5,697 nucleotides of DNA from a virus (lineage: Duplodnaviria; Heunggongvirae; Uroviricota; Caudoviricetes). The stretch lies in the IMG/VR virus record IMGVR_UViG_2579778952_000008; one strand, given 5' to 3'. Below the pieces are notes generated by a model. It did not search any database, had not been told where the DNA came from, and was given only the letters and a program-made list of their open reading frames with translations. The position numbers were made by a program, and so were the translations under genes. Of this stretch, positions 1 through 5,697 are shown piece after piece. The first letter of the stretch is position 1, and each line of letters opens with the position of its first letter.

Positions 1-918
1 TTACGCCTTCTTTATATCCTCCATAATTCCAGAGTGGGACATATTTGGGACATTATCACCAAAAATGTCGTCTATTTTCCTCGCATGCTCTGTCAAATGA
101 TTAGGCGCAAGGTGAGCATACCTACGAACCATTTCTATGGACTCCCATCCGCCCATTTCCTGAAGCACTGATAATGGGACGCCTGACTGAATCAGCCAGC
201 TTGCCCAGGTGTGTCTGAGGTCATGGAAACGGAAATCTTCAATTCCTGCACGACGACAAGCTGATAGCCATGATGTCTTGCTGTCGATGCGCATCTTCCT
301 GACCGCAGGCGTTGATGTTCCATCTGCTCGCTTAGCCGCCTTGGTATGTACAAACACCCATTTGTGATGCTTGCCTATTTGATCACGCAACACTTTACAG
401 GCGGTATCGTTCAGCGCCACACCAATGGCGCGGTTTGATTTGCTCTCTTCTGGATTCACCCAGGCAACTCGTCGCTGCATGTCGATTTGTTGCCATTCCA
501 GATTTATGATGTTCGACTTTCTCAGACCAGTTGCCAGCGCAAACTTGACGACAGATTTCAGTGGTTCGGGGCACTCATCAATAAGGCGTTTTGCTTCCTC
601 CTTTTCCAGCCATCTGACTCGCTTGTTTCTGACCGCTGGTATCTTGATGACAGGCGCTTTTTCCAGCCACTTCCAGTCGCGTTCTGCAGCACGGAGAATG
701 GCCTTTATCATGGCAAGATGCTTTGCCTTTGTCTGAGTTGATACTGGCTTTGGTTCATAAACAGGCGGTTGCCGTGTTGTGAGGTAAGGAGATTTTGGCT
801 TGGTTGGATCTTTACGTGTTGCCTGTAGGCGGCCTGTTCGTATCCAGTTGGTGGCGGTTGGTCTGGATATCTTAAGAAACTGACAGGCCTCATCGAGTGT
901 GAGGCTGTATGATTCCAT
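1..918 (-). CDS. int: Phage tyrosine integrase (305 aa from ATG at 918; ORF track extends to a GTG at 948). Catalytic domain complete, N-terminal region atypical.
   Basis: Translation shows tyrosine-recombinase catalytic motifs: ATGLRKSN (box I Arg), [10 protein letters not shown] (H-x-x-R), [15 protein letters not shown] (catalytic Tyr). Strong SD GAGGT 5 nt upstream of the ATG at 918 (sequence GAGGTAACCATGG on minus strand). N-terminal 35 aa ([26 protein letters not shown]) resemble an Xis/AlpA-type HTH. The C-terminal two-thirds resemble the P22/DLP12 IntD family as I recall it. Stop codon is at bases 1-3. Confidence 0.85.
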   Translation of the reverse strand: MESYSLTLDEACQFLKISRPTATNWIRTGRLQATRKDPTKPKSPYLTTRQPPVYEPKPVSTQTKAKHLAMIKAILRAAERDWKWLEKAPVIKIPAVRNKRVRWLEKEEAKRLIDECPEPLKSVVKFALATGLRKSNIINLEWQQIDMQRRVAWVNPEESKSNRAIGVALNDTACKVLRDQIGKHHKWVFVHTKAAKRADGTSTPAVRKMRIDSKTSWLSACRRAGIEDFRFHDLRHTWASWLIQSGVPLSVLQEMGGWESIEMVRRYAHLAPNHLTEHARKIDDIFGDNVPNMSHSGIMEDIKKA

Positions 919-1168
919 GGTTACCTCTGCTTTTTGAACGCATGTCACGTAACTTCTTAATGTGTTCTGCCGTTTCGATCTCTTCTGCTATCCGATCTGC
1001 ATCAGCTTTATTCACAGGTTCAAAGTCATGATTAAAGCGGAACATGCTGGCGATACATGTTCTGCCTTTTCGGATGTAGTGAACTTTGTTGTGGGTAGAA
1101 CGCAGGATTTTGCAGGGAGTGCCGTGGTGGTCGACGTACCAGGTGTTAGGAAAAATGATTCTGAACAT
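890..1168 (-). CDS. 92-aa small basic protein overlapping the int start by 29 nt; possible excisionase-position gene or integrase arm-binding-like domain (function unresolved).
   Basis: ATG at 1168 preceded by strong SD (GAGGTG, 5-nt spacer). Motif IFPNTWY near the N-terminus resembles the PPNLY motif of the lambda Int arm-binding domain. The 29-nt overlap with the int start mimics the xis/int overlap in lambda. Confidence 0.5.
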   Translation of the reverse strand: MFRIIFPNTWYVDHHGTPCKILRSTHNKVHYIRKGRTCIASMFRFNHDFEPVNKADADRIAEEIETAEHIKKLRDMRSKSRGNHGIIQPHTR

Positions 1169-1215
1169 TTTTACACCTCAGTTGGACGATGTTGAAATTT
1201 GCTGCTTTGAGGCCA

Positions 1216-1434
1216 TCACAGTCCCCATTGTTTGTTCTTAAGTTCGATCTCCTCCTGGCAACTCGCACAAGTTCGACAACCCTGAACAGCCAGGCGTCTT
1301 CGCTCATCTATCGGATCGCCACACTCACAACAATGAGTTGCGGATACAGTCTGGTAGTTCAGACGACGCATTTTTATTGCTGTATTGCGCTGTAATTCTT
1401 CGATTTCTGATGCTGAATCAATGATGTCTGCCAT
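1216..1434 (-). CDS. TraR/DksA-family C4 zinc-finger protein (72 aa)
   Basis: CxxC-x14-CxxC motif (C35/C38 ... C53/C56) in a 72-aa protein, size and motif spacing like F-plasmid TraR and phage DksA-like proteins. Weak SD (AGGGA) upstream. Confidence 0.7.
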   Translation of the reverse strand: MADIIDSASEIEELQRNTAIKMRRLNYQTVSATHCCECGDPIDERRRLAVQGCRTCASCQEEIELKNKQWGL

Positions 1435-1487
1435 CTTTCATTAATCCCTGAATTGTTGGTTAATACGCTTGAGGGTAAATGCGAATA

Positions 1488-1510
1488 ATAAAAAAGGAGC
1501 CTGTAGCTCC
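1488..1510 (-). terminator. Putative rho-independent terminator for leftward transcription, downstream of the 93-aa ORF
   Basis: GGAGC (1496-1500) / 5-nt loop / GCTCC (1506-1510) hairpin. On the minus-strand RNA the stem is followed by UUUUUUAUUAUU (plus-strand A-run 1488-1495). Confidence 0.4.
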
Positions 1511-1532
1511 CTGATGATTTTGCTTTTCATGT

Positions 1533-1814
1533 TCACCGTTCCTTAAAGACGCCGTTCAACATGCCGATCGCCAGGCTTAAATGAGTCGGTGTGAATCCCA
1601 TCAGCGTTACCGTTTCGCGGTGCTTCTTTAGTACGCTACGGCAAATGTCATCGACGTTTTTATCCGGAAAATGCTGTCTGGCTTTTTTGATTTCAGAATT
1701 AGCCTGACGGGCAATGCTGCGAAGGGCGTTTTCTTGCTGAGGTGTCATTGAACAAGCCCCATGTCGGCAAGCATAAGCACACAGAATATGAAGCCCGCTG
1801 CCAGAAAAATGCAT
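1533..1814 (-). CDS. 93-aa hypothetical exo-xis-region protein with N-terminal Cys/His cluster; same length and relative position as lambda ea8.5 (identity unverified)
   Basis: ORF starts 10 nt after the orf63 stop (tight packing suggests coupling). N-terminal C12, C16, H18, C21 cluster, then a predicted helical 70-aa region. An alternative internal start (MTPQQ, ATG at 1746-1748) would give 71 aa. Confidence 0.5.
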   Translation of the reverse strand: MHFSGSGLHILCAYACRHGACSMTPQQENALRSIARQANSEIKKARQHFPDKNVDDICRSVLKKHRETVTLMGFTPTHLSLAIGMLNGVFKER

Positions 1815-1824
1815 TCAGTGGTTG

Positions 1825-2016
1825 TCATACCTGGTCTCTCTCATCTGCTTCTGCTTTCGCCACCATCATTTCCAGCTTTTGTGAAAGGGATGTGGCTAAC
1901 GTATGAAATTCTTCGTCTGTTTCTACTGGTATTGGCACAAACCTGACTCCAATTTGAGCAAGGCTATGTGCCATCTCAATACTCGTTCTTAACTCAACAG
2001 GAGATGCTTTGTGCAT
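1825..2016 (-). CDS. Lambda orf63 homolog (exo-xis region protein, 63 aa)
   Basis: Protein [23 protein letters not shown]... matches my recollection of lambda orf63 almost residue for residue. Same length, same 28-nt overlap with orf60a as in lambda. SD GGGAGG upstream. Confidence 0.8.
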   Translation of the reverse strand: MHKASPVELRTSIEMAHSLAQIGVRFVPIPVETDEEFHTLATSLSQKLEMMVAKAEADERDQV

Positions 2017-2171
2017 ACCGCCTCCCGTTTATTATTTATCTTCTCAGCCAGCCGCTGTGCTTTCAGGGGATTTCTGATAACAGAAAGGCCGGGAAATACC
2101 CAGCCTCGCTTTGTAACGGAGTAGACGAAAGTGATCGCGCCTACCCGGATATTATCGTGAGGATGCGTCAT
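1989..2171 (-). CDS. Lambda orf60a homolog (60 aa from second in-frame ATG; ORF track gives 62 aa from 2177)
   Basis: Protein [24 protein letters not shown]... matches recalled lambda orf60a. The ATG at 2169-2171 overlaps the exo stop codon (ATGA), as in lambda. Confidence 0.8.
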   Translation of the reverse strand: MTHPHDNIRVGAITFVYSVTKRGWVFPGLSVIRNPLKAQRLAEKINNKREAVCTKHLLLS

Positions 2172-2848
2172 CGCCATTGCTCCCCAAATACAAAACCAAT
2201 TTCAGCCAGTGCCTCGTCCATTTTTTCGATGAACTCCGGCACCATCTCGTCAAAACTCGCCATGTACTTTTCATTCCGCTCAATCACGACATAATGCAGG
2301 CCTTCACGCTTCATGCGCGGGTCATAGTTGGCAAAGTACCAGGCATCTTTTCGCGTCACCCACATGCTGTACTGCACCTGGGCCATGTAAGCCGATTTTA
2401 TTGCCTCGAAACCACCGAGCCGGAATTTCATGAAATCCCGGGAGGTAAACGGGCATTTCAGTTCAAGGCCGTTGCCGTCACTGCATAAACCATCGGGAGA
2501 GCAGGCGGTGCGCATACTTTCGTCGCGATAGATGATCGGGGATTCAGTAATATTCACGCCGGAAGTGAATTCAAACAGGGTTCTGGCGTCGTTCTCGTAC
2601 TGTTTTCCCCAGGCCAGCGCCTTAGCATTAACTTCCGGAGCCACACCGGTGCAAACCTCAGCCAGCAGGGTGTGGAAGTAGGACATTTTCATGTCAGGCC
2701 ACTTCTTTCCTGAGCGGGGCTTTGCTATCACGTTGTGAACTTCTGAAGCGGTGATGACGCCGAGCCGTAATTTGTGCCATGCATCATCCCCCTGTTCGAC
2801 AGCTCTCACGTCGATCCCGGTACGCTGCAGGATAATGTCCGGTATCAT
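2168..2848 (-). CDS. exo: Lambda-type exonuclease (Red-alpha, Exo), apparently intact, 226 aa
   Basis: 226-aa translation is near-identical to lambda Exo as I recall it ([45 protein letters not shown]...GFVFGEQWR). SD AAGGTGG upstream. ATGA overlap with the upstream bet stop. Confidence 0.95.
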   Translation of the reverse strand: MIPDIILQRTGIDVRAVEQGDDAWHKLRLGVITASEVHNVIAKPRSGKKWPDMKMSYFHTLLAEVCTGVAPEVNAKALAWGKQYENDARTLFEFTSGVNITESPIIYRDESMRTACSPDGLCSDGNGLELKCPFTSRDFMKFRLGGFEAIKSAYMAQVQYSMWVTRKDAWYFANYDPRMKREGLHYVVIERNEKYMASFDEMVPEFIEKMDEALAEIGFVFGEQWR

Positions 2849-3039
2849 GCTGCCACCTTCTGCTCAGTGGCTTTCTGTTTCAGGAATCCAAGAGCTTTCA
2901 CTGCTTCGGCCTGTGTCAGTTCTGACGATGCGCGAATGTCGCGGCGAAATATCTGGGAACAGAGCGGCAATAAGTCGTCATCCCATGTTTTATCCAGGGC
3001 GATCAGCAGAGTGTTAATCTCCTGCATGGTTTCATCGTT
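2845..3039 (-). pseudogene. bet: bet (Red-beta) 3' fragment encoding only the C-terminal ~64 aa; 5' part deleted
   Basis: Minus-strand translation ...[64 protein letters not shown] matches the lambda Beta C-terminus. Upstream of residue N (base 3039) the ORF has no Bet similarity and is antisense to P. Confidence 0.85.
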
Positions 3040-3040
3040 A

Positions 3041-3643
3041 CAGCAGGTAGCGCAGATCATCAATGGTGTGTTCAGCCAGTTACTGGCAACTTTCCCGGCG
3101 AGCCTGGCTAACCGTGACCAGAATGAACTGAACGAAATCCGCCGCCAGTGGGTTCTGGCTTTCCGGGAAAACGGGATCACCACAATGGAACAGGTTAACG
3201 CTGGAATGCGCGTAGCCCGTCGGCAGAATCGACCATTTCTGCCATCACCCGGGCAGTTTGTTGCATGGTGCCGGGAAGAAGCATCCGTTATCGCCGGACT
3301 GCCAAACGTCAGCGAGCTGGTTGATATGGTTTACGAGTATTGCCGGAAGCGAGGCCTGTATCCGGATGCGGAGTCTTATCCGTGGAAATCAAACGCGCAC
3401 TACTGGCTGGTTACCAACCTGTATCAGAACATGCGGGCCAATGCGCTTACTGATGCGGAATTACGCCGTAAGGCCGCAGATGAGCTTGTCCATATGACTG
3501 CGAGAATTAACCGTGGTGAGGCGATCCCTGAACCAGTAAAACAACTTCCTGTTATGGGCGGTAGACCTCTAAATCGTGCACAGGCTCTGGCGAAGATCGC
3601 AGAAATTAAAGCTAAGTTCGGACTGAAAGGAGCAAGTGTATGA
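3041..3643 (+). pseudogene. P: Replication protein P, 5'-truncated (roughly residues 33-233 of lambda P retained); peaD-like
   Basis: Plus-strand translation from QQVAQIINGVFSQLLATFPASLANRDQNE... to ...AKIAEIKAKFGLKGASV matches lambda P C-terminal ~200 aa. No native start; the frame upstream of 3041 is antisense to bet/exo. ATGA overlap with ren at 3640-3643, as in lambda. Confidence 0.85.
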
Positions 3644-3942
3644 CGGGCAAAGAGGCAATTATTCATTACCTGGGGACGCATAAGAGCTTCTGTGCACAGG
3701 ACGTTGCCGCGGTAACAGGCGCAACCGTAACCAGCATAAATCAGGCTGCGGCTAAAATGGCGCGGGCAGGAATCCTGGTCGTTGATGGTAAGGTCTGGCG
3801 AACGGTGTATTACCGGTTCGCTACCAGAGAAGAACGGGAAGGAAAGGTGAGCACGAATCTGATTTTTAAGGAGTGTCGCCAGAGTGCCGCGATGAAACGC
3901 GTATTGAGGGTATATAAAAGAACATCAATGGGTACACAATGA
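3640..3942 (+). CDS. ren: Ren-like protein (100 aa) with divergent C-terminal ~10 aa; likely renD-type remnant
   Basis: MTGKEAIIHYLGTH...VWRTVYYRFATREEREGK...KECRQSAAMKRVL matches lambda Ren through about residue 90, then diverges (RVYKRTSMGTQ). The divergence point coincides with a shift to AT-rich DNA. Confidence 0.75.
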   Translation: MTGKEAIIHYLGTHKSFCAQDVAAVTGATVTSINQAAAKMARAGILVVDGKVWRTVYYRFATREEREGKVSTNLIFKECRQSAAMKRVLRVYKRTSMGTQ

Positions 3943-4009
3943 TGAAACAGGTGAGTTGATTTCAAACTGTAGTACAATTCTCTCCAGTTTGAACAGGAAA
4001 GAATATGCT

Positions 4010-4342
4010 ATGAACCCTTATATTTATCTTGGTGGTGCAATACTTGCAGAGGTCATTGGTACAACCTTAATGAAGTTTTCAGAAGGTTTTACACGGTTAT
4101 GGCCATCTGTTGGTACAATTATTTGTTATTGTGCATCATTCTGGTTATTAGCTCAGACGCTGGCTTATATTCCTACAGGGATTGCTTATGCTATCTGGTC
4201 AGGAGTCGGTATTGTCCTGATTAGCTTACTGTCATGGGGATTTTTCGGCCAACGGCTGGACCTGCCAGCCATTATAGGCATGATGTTGATTTGTGCCGGT
4301 GTGTTGGTTATTAATTTATTGTCACGAAGCACACCACATTAA
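4010..4342 (+). CDS. emrE: EmrE small multidrug resistance (SMR) efflux transporter, 110 aa
   Basis: Translation MNPYIYLGGAILAEVIGTTLMKFSEGFTRLWPSVGTIICYCASFWLLAQTLAYIPTGIAYAIWSGVGIVLISLLSWGFFGQRLDLPAIIGMMLICAGVL.INLLSRSTPH matches E. coli EmrE including the essential Glu14. SD AGGA about 11 nt upstream. The ORF-track N-terminal extension (from 3956) is not supported. Confidence 0.95.
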   Translation: MNPYIYLGGAILAEVIGTTLMKFSEGFTRLWPSVGTIICYCASFWLLAQTLAYIPTGIAYAIWSGVGIVLISLLSWGFFGQRLDLPAIIGMMLICAGVLVINLLSRSTPH

Positions 4343-4373
4343 AAATAATTTGTTTCTAAACGACTAAAATATG

Positions 4374-4412
4374 GAGGCTCTTATATTTATATGAGCCTCG
4401 TTTTATGCTTTT
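4374..4412 (+). terminator. Putative rho-independent terminator downstream of emrE
   Basis: GAGGCTC (4374-4380) / 12-nt loop / GAGCCTC (4393-4399) perfect 7-bp inverted repeat, followed by GTTTTATGCTTTTTG. Confidence 0.5.
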
Positions 4413-4598
4413 TGTTAATGTCTTTATTTTTTTATGTATTCTTTTGTGCTTTCAAGATTATGGCGTAAGAAAATTGCAATACGATTATTGTTGTATATTC
4501 AAGATAATGTGACCTTAATTGTCTTTTTAAATAAAAATTAAACAAAAATTATATCTCACCACTAAGGTTTATAGAAGCATACGTTAGCAGGTGTCACC

Positions 4599-4944
4599 AT
4601 GAAAAAAGCCATAGCATATATGCGATTTTCATCACCAGGTCAGATGTCTGGCGACTCATTAAACCGACAGAGAAGACTTATTGCTGAATGGTTAAAGGTA
4701 AATAGTGATTATTATCTTGATACCATAACATATGAAGATTTAGGATTAAGTGCATTCAAAGGAAAGCATGCACAATCAGGAGCTTTTTCGGAATTTTTAG
4801 ATGCTATAGAGCATGGTTATATATTGCCAGGAACTACATTGTTAGTTGAAAGTCTGGACAGACTTTCAAGAGAAAAAGTCGGTGAAGCGATTGAGCGTCT
4901 GAAATTGATTTTGAATCACGGTATTGATGTTATAACTCTTTGCG
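4599..4944 (+). pseudogene. ybcK: Serine recombinase (resolvase/invertase-type N-terminal catalytic domain; ybcK-like), truncated after ~115 codons by IS1 insertion
   Basis: MKKAIAYMRFSSPGQ...LLVESLDRLSR is a serine-recombinase catalytic-domain signature. The reading frame runs into the IS1 left end and stops 2 codons later (..VITLCG*). Matches my recollection of the K-12 DLP12 YbcK N-terminus. Confidence 0.8.
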
Positions 4945-4967
4945 GGTGATGCTGCCAACTTACTGAT
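4945..4967 (+). repeat. IS1 left terminal inverted repeat (IRL)
   Basis: GGTGATGCTGCCAACTTACTGAT, the canonical IS1 terminus. Confidence 0.8.
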
Positions 4968-4999
4968 TTAGTGTATGATGGTGTTTTTGAGGTGCTCCA

Positions 5000-5275
5000 G
5001 TGGCTTCTGTTTCTATCAGCTGTCCCTCCTGTTCAGCTACTGACGGGGTGGTGCGTAACGGCAAAAGCACCGCCGGACATCAGCGCTATCTCTGCTCTCA
5101 CTGCCGTAAAACATGGCAACTGCAGTTCACTTACACCGCTTCTCAACCCGGTACGCACCAGAAAATCATTGATATGGCCATGAATGGCGTTGGATGCCGG
5201 GCAACCGCCCGCATTATGGGCGTTGGCCTCAACACGATTTTCCGCCATTTAAAAAACTCAGGCCGCAGTCGGTAA
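5000..5275 (+). CDS. insA: IS1 InsA (transposition inhibitor / N-terminal part of transposase), 91 aa, GTG start
   Basis: Translation [40 protein letters not shown]... matches IS1 InsA. Confidence 0.95.
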   Translation: MASVSISCPSCSATDGVVRNGKSTAGHQRYLCSHCRKTWQLQFTYTASQPGTHQKIIDMAMNGVGCRATARIMGVGLNTIFRHLKNSGRSR

Positions 5276-5697
5276 CCTCGCGCATACAGCCGGGCAGTGA
5301 CGTCATCGTCTGCGCGGAAATGGACGAACAGTGGGGATACGTCGGGGCTAAATCGCGCCAGCGCTGGCTGTTTTACGCGTATGACAGGCTCCGGAAGACG
5401 GTTGTTGCGCACGTATTCGGTGAACGCACTATGGCGACGCTGGGGCGTCTTATGAGCCTGCTGTCACCCTTTGACGTGGTGATATGGATGACGGATGGCT
5501 GGCCGCTGTATGAATCCCGCCTGAAGGGAAAGCTGCACGTAATCAGCAAGCGATATACGCAGCGAATTGAGCGGCATAACCTGAATCTGAGGCAGCACCT
5601 GGCACGGCTGGGACGGAAGTCGCTGTCGTTCTCAAAATCGGTGGAGCTGCATGACAAAGTCATCGGGCATTATCTGAACATAAAACACTATCAATAA
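5194..5697 (+). CDS. insB: IS1 InsB reading frame (expressed as InsAB' transposase via -1 frameshift)
   Basis: Translation ...[36 protein letters not shown]...HYLNIKHYQ matches IS1 InsB. The frame is -1 relative to insA. Confidence 0.9.
   Translation: MPGNRPHYGRWPQHDFPPFKKLRPQSVTSRIQPGSDVIVCAEMDEQWGYVGAKSRQRWLFYAYDRLRKTVVAHVFGERTMATLGRLMSLLSPFDVVIWMTDGWPLYESRLKGKLHVISKRYTQRIERHNLNLRQHLARLGRKSLSFSKSVELHDKVIGHYLNIKHYQ
5251..5257 (+). promoter_or_regulatory. IS1 programmed -1 ribosomal frameshift site (A6C slippery motif) in the insA/insB overlap
   Basis: AAAAAAC at 5251-5257 inside the insA-insB overlap; a known IS1 mechanism. Confidence 0.8.

Larger units (their letters stand above)
4945..5697 (+). 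mobile_element. IS1 insertion sequence, left end and almost all of the element (the final ~15 bp and right inverted repeat lie beyond the window)
   Basis: Sequence from GGTGATGCTGCCAACTTACTGAT onward matches IS1 as I recall it, including insA, the A6C frameshift site and insB ending ...NIKHYQ*. An element of 768 bp starting at 4945 would end at 5712. Confidence 0.95.

Noticed and set aside
1-60. tRNA (argU-like) or attachment-site core at the left edge
   Set aside because: DLP12-type prophages integrate at a tRNA-Arg gene next to the int 3' end, but no tRNA-like sequence is visible in the window; it would lie beyond base 1.
425-741. Plus-strand ORFs 425..736 (103 aa) and 487..741 (84 aa)
   Set aside because: Antisense to the well-supported integrase gene; low-complexity translations with no recognisable motifs or RBS.
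708-893. Minus-strand 61-aa ORF in an alternative frame inside int
   Set aside because: Fully embedded in the int coding frame, Q/R/P-rich translation; most likely an out-of-frame artefact.
962-1395. Plus-strand ORFs 962..1195 and 1189..1395
   Set aside because: Antisense to the 92-aa ORF and the TraR-like gene, which have RBSs and recognisable motifs.
1761-2488. Plus-strand ORFs 1761..1946, 1968..2294 and 2177..2488
   Set aside because: Antisense to orf63, orf60a and exo, all of which match known lambda proteins.
2751-3040. Upstream part of the long plus-strand ORF 2774..3643 (and the overlapping ORF 2751..3017) as an N-terminal extension of P
   Set aside because: This portion is antisense to exo and bet and shows no P similarity; the open frame is coincidental read-through up to the junction at 3041.
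3040-3183. N-terminal 48 aa of the minus-strand ORF 2845..3183 as a real Bet N-terminus
   Set aside because: No similarity to Bet; it is antisense to P sequence, so the ORF is a chimera across the deletion junction.
3258-3681. ORFs 3258..3497 (+) and 3424..3681 (-)
   Set aside because: Alternative-frame or antisense ORFs inside the P fragment and ren start; no motifs or RBS.
3956-3978. Candidate emrE promoter (TTGATT at 3956-3961, TACAAT at 3973-3978)
   Set aside because: The spacer is only 11 bp, far from the 17 +/- 1 bp optimum, so I do not call it a promoter.
3956-4009. N-terminal extension of the emrE ORF (MISNCSTILSSLNRKEYA)
   Set aside because: EmrE begins at MNPYIY with an SD upstream of the ATG at 4010; the extension is not part of the known protein.
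4971-5663. ORFs 4971..5183 (+), 5033..5248 (-), 5143..5412 (-) and 5373..5663 (-)
   Set aside because: Alternative-frame or antisense ORFs within IS1; only insA and insB are established coding frames.
1-5697. CRISPR array or known defence-system operon
   Set aside because: No regularly spaced direct repeats and no ORFs with nuclease, ATPase or methyltransferase signatures beyond the phage recombination genes.

Overview
This window reads as the left arm of a defective lambdoid prophage of the DLP12 type, recognised from translated ORFs and my recollection of lambda and E. coli K-12 proteins (no database search was possible). On the minus strand lie a tyrosine integrase ending at base 1, an overlapping 92-aa ORF, a TraR/DksA-type zinc-finger protein, a 93-aa Cys/His-rich ORF, homologs of lambda orf63 and orf60a, and an intact lambda-type exonuclease (exo). 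At 3039/3041 the 3' end of bet is joined directly to the 3' part of replication gene P on the opposite strand, so the whole immunity and replication core is absent. Rightward follow ren with a divergent C-terminus, an AT-rich segment carrying emrE and the 5' part of a serine recombinase (ybcK-like), and an IS1 that cuts the recombinase at 4945 and runs to the window edge. I see no CRISPR array, rRNA or tRNA, and no convincing new defence system. The features most worth follow-up are the atypical integrase locus, the bet/P deletion junction, the small exo-xis ORFs, and the emrE-recombinase module.
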